A stretch of DNA of 55,683 nt, counting the filler, from Sphacelaria rigidula (taxonomy: Eukaryota): assembly GCA_964200075.2 (NCBI GenBank). It is 6 parts of 6 records of this genome, joined end to end, with 100 filler letters (N's around TTAATTAATTAA, not from the genome) between each part and the next. Parts side by side here need not be neighbours in the genome. Positions count along the whole stretch, not along the records: positions 27,895 to 37,091 come from CAXNAA020009068.1; positions 37,192 to 46,387 come from CAXNAA020009069.1; positions 46,488 to 55,683 come from CAXNAA020009070.1; 3 more parts are not named here. One strand, written 5' to 3'. The position numbers and the translations under genes are program-made. The first letter of the stretch is position 1; each line of letters opens with the position of its first letter. Under the pieces are notes generated by a model. It saw nothing but the letters and a program-made list of their open reading frames with translations. It was not told where the DNA came from and ran no database searches. Positions 34,521 through 47,480 of the stretch are shown here, in pieces.

Positions 34521-34883
34521 GTGCGCATGTTTTAGGGGGTAAAACACCCCTGCTGTGATACCTGAAGATGCATTTTTTTTACGTCAGGGGGAGTGGGGGG
34601 TTCCGGATTCGCGTCAGCTGTTGGGTGCTAGATCTGGTGAATTTTGTCGTGTTGAATTGTCGTTAGAGGCTCATTATATGGAGGGCCTGAGGTGCATGGG
34701 CAGCAGAAGGGGACGTGTGGAACGACAACGAACAAACACGCAAATATACTCCACTAAATCGGAGTGATTTAACACCACCTCACGATTGTTTGCCGTTAGT
34801 TTGTGTGCCGCTTTGTACGAATACGAATAACACACTGCACAAATCGCGGAGCAATGCCTTATACTTCAGCGCGGTGCAGGTAG

Positions 34884-35003
34884 ACGGCAACGTTCCTCGC
34901 CTCCATTCGCGCGGGACCCGGCGCCCCAGTCCGCCGTCAACAAGCCGGGGTGGACGCCCGACAAGCCGCCGCTCCGCGCACTTTGAAGAAACATTCGTCT
35001 CAA
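34884..35003 (+). CDS. NIPBL: Possible NIPBL/Scc2 linker exon
   Basis: GC-rich 120-nt block tag|ACG ... CAA|GTGAGG, phase 0-0 (TATFLASIRAGPGAPVRRQQ...). Acceptor choice is ambiguous and the exon can be skipped without a frameshift. Confidence 0.4.
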
Positions 35004-35382
35004 GTGAGGAATGTTCCTTTCGAGGTACCCTGAGCTGCGGCCTGTCGAGCCTGGGCGCTGTCCGCCTCGACCTCTTGGCGGTGGACTAGGGTGTCGTGTC
35101 CCTCGCGAACAGAGACGAGACGCGTCTTCGTGTTCCTCGCGCTGAAGCTTGAGAAATTGCTCCCTGGTATGTGCAGTGTGTTGTTCGTGTTAGTGGATGA
35201 ATTGATGTTGGTTAACCCGAGTGCCCGAGGAGCCTATTGGGGCAGTGTCGGACTCTCAGGAGGGGGGCGAACGCCCTCACGTCCACACGCCACGGTCTGT
35301 ACGGCCGTACGGAGCACCGAGATATGTACTCAGCGCGTAAAAAAACTGGTCCTACTGCTTTGTACGGCGTGATTTCGTCCAG

Positions 35383-35523
35383 GACGGCATCGCACATCTC
35401 CGGCGGACTTGCTCGGTGGCGGCGGCGTTCAGCATGCTTCTGAGGCTCAAGCGCTACCTCAAGGCAGCGTATGGGCTGACGTTGAGTCGATGCCAGTCAT
35501 ACACCCCCAAAGATTCCACAAAG
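35383..35523 (+). CDS. NIPBL: NIPBL/Scc2 exon
   Basis: ttcgtccag|GAC ... AAG|GTGTGT. AAAFSMLLRLKRYLKAAYGLTLSRCQSYTPKDSTK matches the Scc2 C-terminal pattern LL.LK.(H/Y)LK..YG.S..K...YSP. Confidence 0.85.
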
Positions 35524-36086
35524 GTGTGTCGGTATGTGTCGCACGGTCGAGGTCGGAATGGAAGGCTATTAAATATCGATTGTGCATGGCGCTGCCCTGT
35601 TGCGTGTTCCTCTGGTTGTCCCCTGCTTTGTCTTAGACCGCCGCGCTCCGGTGGTCCAAGAGTACAAATTAATTGAGTTCGAACGACTTGGGTTCCAGTC
35701 CTGGTAGATATATGCGTGTGGATTTTTTCTGGAAATGCGGCTGATTTCCGACGTTGAAGCCGTGAGAGCGTAAGTACTTGTAGCAAAAAAAGCTCATCTT
35801 GGTGAGAGTCGACGCGGTGCGAGAGTTTTGGCCATGATCCACTCCGCGCTACCAAAACGCGAGGCGTCTACCGGGGGAGAGATGGGCCGTTTTCTTGTCA
35901 CCACGGAGTCGTCCCGAGGAAGGGGGGTGGGGGTTGGGAGTGAGATGCAGAGGGAGAACAAATGTTGCGATTGTATTGTTATCGTTGCATGCTGGTGCTC
36001 GCTGGTCTCGGGGGTCTATATTGTGTTTTCTTGCTCCCAAATCAGCGAACCACGCTCTCCCCCCCTGCACCGACATATGCATGCAG

Positions 36087-36245
36087 GCCACCGAGAAACA
36101 AGCGCAACGGCCGGTCCCCCCTCCGGAAGCTTTCAGCCCGTTCTCGTCCAGGAAAGCGGGAGACCGTTCGGCGTTCGACCCGGCAAAGCTGGGTGCGGCT
36201 GCGGAGAAGGCAGCCGAGACGCTGACCGCTGGTTCTCCCCAAAAG
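36087..36245 (+). CDS. NIPBL: NIPBL/Scc2 exon
   Basis: atgcag|GCC ... AAG|GTGAGC, 53 codons, phase 0-0. ATEKQAQRPV follows the YTPKDSTK motif as expected. Confidence 0.72.
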
Positions 36246-37025
36246 GTGAGCAGACTGTTTTGCCAAACAGGTACCGTTATCATCCCCCTTTTTTTTCTAG
36301 GAGTAGGGGCATGAGAGCTGGGATGTCGGTCTGTTGTTGTGATGACTTCGCAAGTTGATGCCCCGACACAGCAAATACGGTCATGTTTTTTATATGATAT
36401 TTTTCATTTGATCGGGGGCTTTTGTGTGGGGAGAAAAATGCGAATCATGCCGACTTGTCTGTTGACGTTTTGAGCGTCAGGTTCACCCCTCTTGGGCTGG
36501 AATGTACTGGTGTGCCACAAAATTTCCAGCTACAACTCAAGTACTGGCAGTCTTGAAATTGGCGCAATCGGAAAGCAAAGTACTATGATCGACAATCCAG
36601 CGCGGCCAGAGTGGCGGCTGCGGCTGGGAGACGGGTCCAGCACCCGCGGGAGTGGCCCGCCGATTGCCATTTTCAAGTAATCCATGCAACTGTTTGCACC
36701 AGAATCGCAACAGAGTACTCGGGATCAATGCGCGTGCTACAGCGGACGGCGGAAACACACCAGCCTCTTTCGTAGGTTGCTCATTATTTTTTTTTCGGGG
36801 GTTCATTCCAACCTGGTATTCAGAGAGAAGCAGGGCGTGTCTATTTTTTTTCGATCGAAAACGTGCGGTGAAGAACAAAAATGTCCATCTGACTTGATAT
36901 ATTGTGATTTCAACGTAAATAAGGACAGTTGACATGATGACCAATCAGATCGAAGGTTTCCTTTTCCACCGCACCCTTTCGGTCGAATATAATTTGCCAA
37001 GACACGGTGGACTCAGAGAGAATGT

Positions 37026-37091
37026 TGTGTGTGTGTTGTCGTCCCATTTATCCTGGGCACCAGTCTACACCTTTCGGTGTATGTGGGTGCA
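37026..37091 (-). mobile_element. SINE 3' end, cut by contig end
   Basis: tgtgtgtgtgttgtcgtcccattta...ctacacctttcggtgtatgtggg. Confidence 0.72.
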
Positions 37092-37191
37092 NNNNNNNNN
37101 NNNNNNNNNNNNNNNNNNNNNNNNNNNNNNNNNNNTTAATTAATTAANNNNNNNNNNNNNNNNNNNNNNNNNNNNNNNNNNNNNNNNNNNN
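37092..37191. other. Artificial contig-joining spacer
   Basis: N44-TTAATTAATTAA-N44. Confidence 0.97.
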
Positions 37192-37909
37192 GGAGGAAGG
37201 GTGGGCGGAGATGGCCCACGGGTGGGGGCAACGGGCGGGGATGGTAGCGACCACAGCACGACGTCTAACAGGGTTATGCGCACGAGTAGCAGAGGCCGAA
37301 AATTGTTGGCAAAGAAGAAGCGGAATGCAGGATCATCATCATCGAATGATAAAAAGGGGGGGAGACGGTACCCTGTCGGGGGGAGGATTGGTTGACCAGT
37401 CAGTGTAAATCAATGAAATCAATTATCTACGAAAAAAGGCGACGGAGTATCGTCGTGCTTTTATTATGAATCAAATCCTCATGCCAAAAAAGCCCTATTA
37501 CATGCTCATTGGCATGCTCAAGTTGGGCAGGCATTGGGGTGCTCCACTCTCGGAATTCAATTTTCAATTATTTGCCTGTGCCAATGATTCCAGCTTTGCA
37601 CAAAACGACTCCAGCGGACAAAAGACGAACTTGACCTTTCTTGCGAAAAACCAAGACCAAGCTTTTGTATTTTTGTATTTAATTGTATAAAAAGAATTAC
37701 CACTTGGATCACAAGGAAGGACAAATGCAGCAGCACACACCTAAAAACAACAATACAAGAGTCGGTAGAGAGGCGCCAACGCACAAACGGCACACATGAA
37801 TCGTTTGGACAAGGTCTTCCTCATGTACTGACGTCAATAAGGCCCCGAAACACCCATTTCGTTTGGAACTTTTTTTGCCTGACGAGGGGGGAGGAATATT
37901 GTGTTTGTG

Positions 37910-40900
37910 CCCTCTTGGTATAGCCATCGTTTTTTCATTACTGTCTAATACATCAAACGATTTCATGCCACCGTTGTTTAGGTCCCGCATTTCCCTCTCT
38001 AGCGCGTCCCGTTCCTCCTTGTATTCTTCACATTCTGCAACTATATGGGTTCTGCTCCCTATTACTTTGCCATAGGGGCAATTCTGTCCATCTTTTCCCT
38101 CCTCCTCTCGACTACTGGCTTACCCCCTTCTTTTTTCTGGCAGGTCCAGATCCCCCACCCGGAGTCGCTGTTTCAAATGATTCAATACGTCCATTGGGCC
38201 ATGCAAATATGTCTTCATCCCTATCCCCTCTCTCAACCCCCAGTATATCGTCAGGTGTTCTTCCTCGTCTACTTGGCGGCTGAGCGCTTCTTTCCCCCTT
38301 GTTTCTATAATGTCTCTTACTTTTGTGTTGTACCCCGCGCCTTCACCTATGGACAGTATTTTGTCTTGGTTTCTTCTCATCTCCTTTCACACCCTCTTGA
38401 CTTCTCCATTTCACCTTACTCCAGCCCGCCCTTTCGTGATTTTCTTCCGTACAGCCTTATCAACTATAGCTGGCAATCTCTTCCTCTGCATGTTTACGCT
38501 ATATTGCCATCGCATTTTCCTTATGTTCGTGTTAGTCCTACGTAAGTATATTCCCAACTCTGCTCTCAATGCGGTTTTACTCGTCGTTTTCGAGTATCCA
38601 AGTATTTTCTTAGCTGCTGCCATCTGTACTGTTTTCAACCTCTCCACCAACTTTACGTTCCCCTCTCATACTTCTGCTGCACATTCATCAGGATACATAT
38701 CTTAATCCTAGTGTCTAGGTGCGAATCTCTGAGGATCACGTCCATTCTGCTTATCTGTGCCTTACCCTTTTCTATTACTTTGTTTACGTGTGCATCCCAG
38801 AACAGTTTTTTATATGTCTACGCTGAGGGATGTATACCGGTCTGCGAACGGCAGCTCCTCTTCTCCCCACTTCCATTTGAAGTCTACCGGGTTTTTCTTA
38901 TCTTCGTTACATACAAGTACTGCGCATTTGGAAACATTCGATGTCACTCTCCATTTCCCTGTGTATTCTAGCGCATTCTCTCTTTGTTTCTGCAATCCTT
39001 CTGTTGTTTCTGATACCCCCACAAAATCATCGTGAACATTAATCCTGATACCATATCTTAACTCAACTTGACTCCTTCCTTTACTGCTTCTATTGCTACT
39101 ATCAGGCCATTAATGAATACCTTGAATAGAGAAGGTGATTACGTACATCCTTGTTCAACTCCTTGAAAATTATCAAGATATTTTGATGTTTCCTCGTCTA
39201 GGATTATAGCACTTTTGGTACATTCTGTCATGTTCTTCAGCATTCTCTACATCTTTCCTCTGATCCCAGTTTCCCACAACGTTTTTCACAACATATTCCC
39301 CCATACTGTGTCATAAGCCCTTTGTACGTCCAGAAAATAAAACAGTACGTTGTTAGCCCAGCGTCTTTCCTACCTTGAACACTCTTCCCTGGTGTGTACA
39401 CATGATGTGCACAACTACGGTTTGGTCTCAAACCTGCTCGACTCTCACTGACCTTTTGTTCCTTCTGTAGCATGGTTCCTACTCAATCGTTCAGAACTTT
39501 ACAGCATGTTTTCCCTACCGTTCTTAGTAGCATTATCCCTCTATAATTCCCTGGGTCAGCCTTGTCTCCTTTTTTGAAAAGGTTGACTACTACTCCTTTT
39601 CTCCACCACTTAAGTGTGTACTCAATTCCCATATCCAGTTGTACAGCATAACCATCATGGCCATCATTCCCTCTTCCCCGTTCTTTGGAAACTCATTCGC
39701 TATTTCGTGTGCCCCAGTTGCCTTTCTGCTATTGAGTTTAGCTACACACTCCTTTACTTCATCTCTGATGAACTTTCTCTGCAATTCTTTGGATCCACTA
39801 CCCGCCCGTTTTGGTGCCTCTACATTTACCCACGCGGTGATTTCTTTTTCGAATTCCGTATCGAACGTCGTGGTTGTTTCCGGTGTTCCTGGTTTACAGT
39901 AGTGCTCTACTAGCACTTCTCTCTCCCCTGTCGAACTACTGGCCAGAGTACCGTTCTTTCTCGTAGTGTGGCTGTCTCGTTGTCTATCTTCCCTACCTAT
40001 CCCTTTTATCCCTTCCCACATTTGTTTCATCCCGACATCGAAATCTTCATTTTTTTCATTGACGGCATCTTCCTACACTTCCTTCTTTTTCTTCTCATAC
40101 CATATTTTTTTACTTCCTTTTGAGCTTTACCATACTCCTCCCATCCTGCCGTAGTTTTACTCGATATACATCTCGCGTGCACCGCTCCTTACTCTTGTAG
40201 CCTCTTTTACTTCCTCATCCCACAATTTTACTGCTCTGCTTCATACGATCATTTTCTTTCCTATGACTTTACTCGCTGTAATCTTGACCAGCTGCTCCCA
40301 TTCTTCTGTCATCTTCGCTCCTGCTCGATATCTTTCCATTTCGATATCAACTGTTCCTCCGCGTTCCAACAGCTCGGAAAATTCCACTGCATTCTTGGCC
40401 ATCTCTTCTTGGAATTCTTGCTGTTTTTCTCCCGTTTCTAGTTTTTTCGACTTTCCATTTGTACAACTTTCTATCCCGCCTATTTATTTTGGCTCTCGTC
40501 TGATGGCTTTCTGTCCATATTCGGGATCGATCCGTAGTTCCCACGTCCCCCGTGCATACATGTACTTCCATTTGTTTTCTACTTTCATGATCTATTACTA
40601 TATAGTCAAGAACGGATCGTTCCCTCTCATCTTTGCACTTTCTAGTCTATGTCCATCGCGCCTCTGGCTTTTGTGCTTTATCGTTCAAGATCTTCATCTC
40701 GTTATTCTCAAGGAACTTCAACATTTCTACCCCATTCGTGTTCTTCTTATCTTCCCCGTATTGATCAATGATATCATCCGGTTGACGTGCTTTTCCAACC
40801 CTTGCATAAAAAATCTCACTAACATTACCTTGCACTTTGTACTTCTGTACATCTGCTGCTACCTCTCCAAACCTGTATATCGTCCACCCTACTCTTTGTT

Positions 40901-41830
40901 CTTGGGGGCATATAAATGTTCCCTACGAAGAACTCCTGCGTTCCCCGCTCGTCTGGTACCCTTGCCCGTATGTTCTCATCGAATTCCATGCCTTCGATCA
41001 CTTGTACAATGTCACACAGGAATTCCATGACTGAGAATCCTACTCCCCCCGCTTCCGTGCCCTTGCGGTTCTGCCTCTTCCGTTTTTGCTCTATCCATGC
41101 GTACTCTTCAAAATTTCATCTTATTTCCGTCTCCTCTTTCTCCCATGATTCTTGTATTCCCACTATATCAAGGTCGAGGTTGCTTACTTGTTGAGCTATC
41201 TCTATTTTTTTCCGCTTGTCTGTGGCGAATCCACACGCGTTCCACGATCCTATCCTCAACTTCCTTTGCGAATCATGATCTGCTCTCCTTATGTCTACTG
41301 TTCTCTCTCCGTCGTTTCTCTTTCTATATTCCCTTGCTTGCTCTTCCTTCTCGTTCTTGGGTTTTGTCTGTCTATTTGCTTCGGGCCGCTATGTCCCCTT
41401 TCCTTCCCCTTCCGGGCACTCACTTGTTCCTGTCTGCGCTCCCCTTCGTTTACCTGTGGACTATGTCTTAGCTTTGCTGTTCCATTAGCTATGCATACTC
41501 TCCATCCTACTCTTCCAACGCATGCCGACACCTTCCTTTTCCCCTTCTTCCGCCACTCCTTGCTCGCGCTCTGTTTTAGCGCGACTCGGAAGTGCTTTCC
41601 TTCCCTTCCTACTTTTCCTCTCGCCAAACAGTACAGCCCAACTCAATTGCATTTCCTTTTTAAACTCTATTCTTGTCATATCGTTACGGACTCCGAATAC
41701 CAGCAATACTACTTCAAAGTAGTACTTTACCCGTCCACCCTTTACTTCTCCGCCCGCCCTCTTTACCGTCCCTTCAGTCGGCACGGGGGGCAGCCACTGC
41801 ACTCAAGCCGACATGATAAGGAATGTTAGT
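37910..41830 (-). mobile_element. Decayed near-full-length LINE (APE endonuclease + reverse transcriptase) in the titin-like gene intron
   Basis: Frameshifted fragments in colinear order: ORF1-like region (~41800-41300); APE motifs DIVGIQESW, AGGVGF, GNIYMPP, NGVEMLKFL; RT motifs ESRAGLRPNRSC, DDFVGVSET, NVSKC; C-terminal ALRAELG and VAECEEY. Many stops; 3' UTR missing. Confidence 0.9.
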
Positions 41831-42030
41831 CAAGCCATGTACCCCGTATATCAGGATAGCTGGCACTTTCTCTTTTTATCAGGAGCTGACTGTATCGGGT
41901 AGCCATCGCGAATATCACCAAACTTGCCGATTCACGGTGATTCTGATTCTACTCCTTCGGACTACTCCAGTGTGATGTGAGATCTGTGAGGACAAGACCA
42001 GAGCAAAACGATCAATCAGCAAAATATCAC

Positions 42031-42196
42031 CTTCCAAGTGTAGCCCCCTGGCGTACCATCATCCACCGCGATACCTCCCCAGCCGCCGGTTGAATTCGAT
42101 GGGTACGAATCGAGATCCACGTGGACACTGGAAATGGTGGTCATTTCTTCCAGCTTGCGTCTCATACGCTCTGGCTCCTCGTCGAAGCGCATTCGC
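42031..42196 (-). CDS. Titin-like protein, internal exon 5
   Basis: ttggacag|G ... AAG|GTGATA, phase 2-0. FDEEPERMRRKLEEMTTISSVHV...GGYTWK. Confidence 0.76.
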
Positions 42197-43077
42197 CTGT
42201 CCAAGCGTTTGTTTCTAAGATTGACTCTTCTTCCCGCTCATACCGTAGATATATATACTGTCGAGAGGTTTCGACTACGGAATAGGGATTTGTGACAGGA
42301 GAACAACTTCGTTCAGCTATGATTTCGTCTGACCCATGCCCCCGCCTAATCCCCACCGAACCCCATTTATCCTTTTCGGTATATGGACACTTGACGTACG
42401 AAGAACAAGCTGTACACTATCTACACGTTTCTGGAGGGTGACGATACGAGGAACAAAGGGTGGCGGAAAAAAGGGATTCTTCGAGTTGAAGGTGCATCCG
42501 CTTCTTCAACTCGGCGGGGCACTTTTGGTCGTTCGAGTAGCGTTAGGAATCGCTGATATTTGGCTTTTTCGTTCACGGTTTTCTGCATGTCGGAAGGTGC
42601 ACACCACGGATGAAGGGCGGTACTAGCGATCAGAGGAGCAAGTGCCCTTTAGGTGTGAAACCAATGCTCAAGCTTGTGTGATAAAGGTAAATTGCACGAG
42701 TGGTTGCATAACTCTTCTGGCCTGAAACGCTCAGTCTGAAACAAGTTGGAATGGTTAGAGGCGAATGTAGGACGTCATAAGTTTGATTGCTGCAGTGTTC
42801 TGTGTGCTTTATCCAATAATCCCATCGTCAACACAGCCCTTCGGAGTGCTGTCGTCATGATTGTTTACGGTTCACATTGTAGCACTTCGTCCTCAGCGTA
42901 TTTCACGCGCGCTAACCGCAGTTTCAGGTGCTCTGTGCTAGATGGAAAACATGAAATTCATCTAACTCAACTGCACGTTTTTGTGCACATGTTTTCTCAA
43001 TATCCTCCGCTAGTCCGTTCATCACAACAGAAAATAATGAGAAATGGAAAAGCTCTCTTCATAATGACGGCCCTTAC

Positions 43078-43316
43078 CTCACCCCTCCCGGGTCATTGTA
43101 GTCCAGCGAAAACGTCCCTGAAAGGCCAGTTGATCCCTGCTGAGTCTCCGTGACAATTGGCTGACCAGCGTAATCCTCGACCAACGTTACGTTCTGAACA
43201 ACAGACAGTGCTTCGACGTCCCCCGCCCCAGGAGGCGTTGTGCCGAGGTTCATCGTGAAAGTTACCTCCCATTCCATGGTGCCGTACTGGTCGATCACGG
43301 AGCGGCTTACGTCAAC
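43078..43316 (-). CDS. Titin-like protein, internal exon 4
   Basis: ttgcacag|GTT ... AG|GTAAGG, phase 0-2. VDVSRS...EWEVTF...GAGDVEAL...GLSGTFSLDY. Confidence 0.8.
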
Positions 43317-44114
43317 CTGTGCAACAACCGTCAGGAATGAGCAGCACGGCGGGGGCGAAAACTCGGACCAGCAAGTAACCCCGCAGTGCAATAGACGCAC
43401 TTGCAAATTAGCTTGAGATGGGATGTGACATGGATTGGTAAGTCTCGAAGGTGCTGAGGGTGGGGTAGGATGCAAAATACTCGCGGGTACTCTGATATTC
43501 TTCATAATTCATACGTTGATACTCCAGATATTCCGGAATCCTCACTAGTGTCGAGGGTCAATACCCTGAGCAGATTACCTTCAAAACCCAGGGTACCTAA
43601 GGGCACGTACCCCATCCTAGGAACCTTCGGTAAGTTTGGTAAATGCTATCACTCGGTCACATAAACTCAATCACTTTTATCGTTTTTCTCAAAGACCCCG
43701 AAAAGAAAATCGGTGAACGAAACGCCCCAAATAATCTAAATCGGCAAACCGGAGCACACCTGTATATGCGCGGGATATACACCGTACAGCCAGCATGTAA
43801 TGTCCATGCAAGAATCGATCATCGAAAAGTTGGGATTGCAGCAATGGTGCTCGGCAACCAGGTCCATCGTGTTGCTTGCCGGAAGCTCAAGCATTCTTTA
43901 TGCGGTTATATGCGGAGTGGGATACAATCCGAGATGCTTCAGCGGTGGAGAGTGGCAGCCGAAACCAGGAGGGACACGTCTTACAACTCCTACGCAAATT
44001 AACCCTGGCCTATCCGTGTTGTCGTATCACGCGTAATCAAACGGACAGATCGTGGTTATCAAACATTCACATCAAACTGTAGAAACGGAAGCAACAGGGG
44101 GCTCATGCACTCAC

Positions 44115-44319
44115 TTTCCGGGTATCGTTGGAGCAATTTTCGATTGCAGCCTTGACTGCTGATGCATCTGCGTTCCAGTCCACCGTCACGGTGGAGCAAT
44201 TGTCTTCCGGCAACGAAAAGTCGGAGAAGTTTCCGCGAAGCACGGCGCCGTCGACACAACCCTCTTCAGCGCAGGTCATCGGACTGGCGGTACCATTCGT
44301 CAACGTTTCAGCATCCACC
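44115..44319 (-). CDS. Titin-like protein, internal exon 3
   Basis: gttgcag|G ... AAA|GTGAGT, phase 2-0. LRGNF...VDWNADASAVKAAIE. Confidence 0.78.
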
Positions 44320-44782
44320 CTGCAACGGTGCGCCCAACAGAAGCGGGCGTGTAAGCATAGTTCGCTATGGGAATGGTTCACCTCAAAGCGCCATGCCAGG
44401 GAGTATTTTGGTACATTTGGGTGGAGGTTTTCCGATGAGCGGTTGCTTCTTTGAGTGTGTGGCGGTTGTCCACCCTTCTAGGATACCGGTACACAGCGTA
44501 GTTTGTACACTCTGCAGAGGTTAGAGGGTTTCTGGTGGCACTCATGTATCATATACATTACGTGTACATAGGGAAGTACTCATGTGATAGAACTACGATG
44601 ATTCGGGTTCTGCACACCGCAGCTGGCGGTGCTCCATACCCTGTCATTCTTCTGCGGACAAGCATTTTATAACGAACAGTTCCGAATTCTGGCGAATATG
44701 GCAACTACGAAAGCTAGCTACAAAAGTGGGTGAGACCTAACTACGCAAAAAACGGGTTCCGGCAAATTTCAAAGTGTGTTAC

Positions 44783-44973
44783 CTCTGCCATCTTGTGAGT
44801 GGCGGACACCCTGAAGTATCAGCCGACGAATTGAAGTACAAGCCACCTTCCGTGCCAGGATCTGGCACGTCGCCGTCATAGCCTATGTAATGTATCGTCC
44901 ATACGTATCCATTCGGCGCCGGAGTTGAAGGGAGACTCCATACCTCGTCATCTGGGGGAACCGATCGCGTCAC
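44783..44973 (-). CDS. Titin-like protein, internal exon 2
   Basis: gagcag|GTG ... AG|GTAACA, phase 0-2. VTRS...NGYVWTIHY...GDVP. Confidence 0.78.
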
Positions 44974-45825
44974 CTGCTCGGTGGTCACGATGCGCCGACC
45001 CAGGGTGGCGTATGAAACTATGCAGCTGCGTCCGAATCGGAAGCAGTACATGTACCCAATTTATACCCGTGTTTAGCTATGATGAAGTTCACGAAATCCG
45101 TGGATAGGGGACAACACTTGTCAAAACCAAGTGTGGAGCTCAAACGTCATGAACACGAATGAATGTTGCGGGGATTACAGCAATTATTTCCATCTCTCAT
45201 TGCTCGTTGTTAAGTAAGAAGTTATTGTCGTACGACACTGGGGAGTTCCAGGCGATTCTACCATACCAATGCGGAAGGGCTCAGGACAGAATGCACGAAC
45301 ATGTCGGGAGGGAATATATTCCAGCAGCATAAAGCGGTGAAAAAAAAGTATAGACAGAATGAAGTGGCAAGGTGAGATGATATACACAAGAAGGACACCG
45401 ACAACGAGGTGGAGTAAGCGAGGAATTGAAAACTGCCTCGTAGGCTGTAGAAACTAGTAGAGAGAACTGTTATGAATTCACTGAAAATGCGGGTCGCACC
45501 AGGCTTTCACTCAACGAGCCATTGCGCAACATAGACGTAATAGCAGTGATGTCACTAGTTCTTACTCCTACGGAAAAATCCGTGGCACGCTCATCGATAG
45601 ATTTGTTACTCTGTCGTCATCTATGGATCCGCGTTCCATGACGAGCCTGTTTGTTTACTCGTAAATGTTGAGGAGAAGTCTTGAAAACACTCCCATACAT
45701 ATCTGACAACATCTCACCAGCAATTGAGAGCATTGAACTGCGGGTCTTGTTCCATCATGTCGATATTGTGCACTCACATTCGGTTTGGTAAAATAATGAC
45801 GACCGGGGACGCATTGCACACTCAC

Positions 45826-46314
45826 CACGACATCCGTAGCATACAATGCGCTGATGTTCGACAATTGTTCAGCAATGGCCTCGGCGCTCGCGTTCCACTT
45901 TATACACCCGCTGCTGTTGCCTTCGAGATGTACAATGAAGCCAGGCTGTTCTTCAAATTTATCTGACGCTGTGAGTTCAAGATCATACACCCGCATCGTT
46001 TGGATCTCGGGTGCACCGGGTGGCCTTGTATCATTATCAAAAGCGTCCATCGCTGTTACAACTCCATGGGTAGAATCTCCATCACCATACACAACGTTTC
46101 GGATGCTTGTGCCGAGTAGCTCGGATGCGTCATCCTCGGTTTCGTTGAATTTCGGAATGTCCCCGGGGGAGTTGCACAGCCCGTCAACTCCGGCCTGCTG
46201 GCACGGAGAATCGGCATCTCTCAAAAACGTTACCAACCAACCGTAACCGCCGCTGTTCGCCGCTAAGTTTTCGCTCGTCCTGCTGACAGACACGTCTCCG
46301 ATGCAATCAGTTGC
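45826..46314 (-). CDS. Giant repetitive stramenopile 'titin-like' protein, internal exon 1 of 5 seen
   Basis: cttcag|GCA ... GTG|GTGAGT, 163 codons. IGDVSVSR...GYGWLVTF...PGDIP...PEIQT...SGCIKWNASAEAIAEQL. Confidence 0.8.
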
Positions 46315-46351
46315 CTGAAGCGTCCAAGCAATAAGCGAGGGCAGGGAGAAA

Positions 46352-46387
46352 GGGGGGGGGGGGGGGTACTCATTTGTTGCTTGCCTT
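46352..46387 (-). mobile_element. LINE 3' terminus with C-run tail, cut by contig end
   Basis: G-run followed by tactcatttgttgcttgcctt. Confidence 0.65.
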
Positions 46388-46487
46388 NNNNNNNNNNNNN
46401 NNNNNNNNNNNNNNNNNNNNNNNNNNNNNNNTTAATTAATTAANNNNNNNNNNNNNNNNNNNNNNNNNNNNNNNNNNNNNNNNNNNN
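46388..46487. other. Artificial contig-joining spacer
   Basis: N44-TTAATTAATTAA-N44. Confidence 0.97.
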
Positions 46488-46919
46488 TTAATTCGGGAAA
46501 CTGGGGAAGCTGTGGTGTGAGCAAGTTTTAGCAGCTTTTACGCTGGCCCAGCTCGTACGTTTCTTCCACATACTACGCAGAAACCTTTTACGCCTCTAAT
46601 CCCCCTTCTTATTCGTAGTCCATGGCCACCACTTATGTCCTAGTATAGCGCTATTTTGACTTGAAAAACGACGCAATTGCAATGACACACGATCATACGT
46701 GCTCAGCAGAACACACACCACCAGTTTGTAGCGCCGAGGGGAAGAGATGCCGTTAAAAGGTATTGTTCTCTATACCAGAAAGAAGCGTTTCCCTTAATAG
46801 CGGCCTCAATGCCGCTATAAGCGGCTCCAATAGCGGCCCTTTTGCGGTTATTCGGGAATAGCGTTACTGCCCTGAATAGCGGCAGTTTCTTTGCGTGACA
46901 CTATATGCCGCTCTAGCGG

Positions 46920-47363
46920 GGCTCCTACTGCATTATCTGATGTACCAAATGATGGCATGCCACCTTCATTTACTTCCCACATGCTCCCTTCAACACGTCT
47001 CGCTCTTCCGTGTACAGTTCACATTCCGCCACTACATGAATTCTACTCTGTATCACTCTGCGCCGGAAGCAATCTTGTGCATGTACTTCCTCCACCCGGC
47101 TACTGGTACACCCCCCTTTTTTCTACTGTAGCAAGCCGAACTCTTACAGTAGGCTATATCCCCCCTCGTTCCAACCTGCCCTTTCCTACTTGTTCCATAC
47201 AGCCCCATCAACCATGACTAGCAATCTCTTTCTTGGCCTTGCTCCTTAGGCTACACTGCCATTCCAAACTTCTCATATATCTAATTGTTTGAGAGGGTAC
47301 AGTCCCAATTTTTTGTCTCAATACTGCACTACTGGCTGGTCATTGTTGAGCATCCAAATATAG
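46920..47363 (-). mobile_element. Degenerate LINE C-terminal fragment (same family)
   Basis: Reverse strand reads KRLLVMVDGAVW and SRIHVVAECELYTEERDVL..MWEVNEGGMPSF, matching 38000-38500. Confidence 0.7.
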
Positions 47364-47480
47364 TTGGGGGATGGGGGGATGGGGGGATGGGGGGACAGGG
47401 TCATTCCCCAAATCTCGGTTTTTGTGACTCGTCAGCGAAGTCAGTTCTCGGAGATTGTGTCCTCTACTCGTAGAGTATAC

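Noticed and set aside
38045-41829. Hydrophobic plus-strand ORFs (166, 255, 225 aa) resembling membrane proteins
   Set aside because: Antisense translations of the purine-rich LINE.
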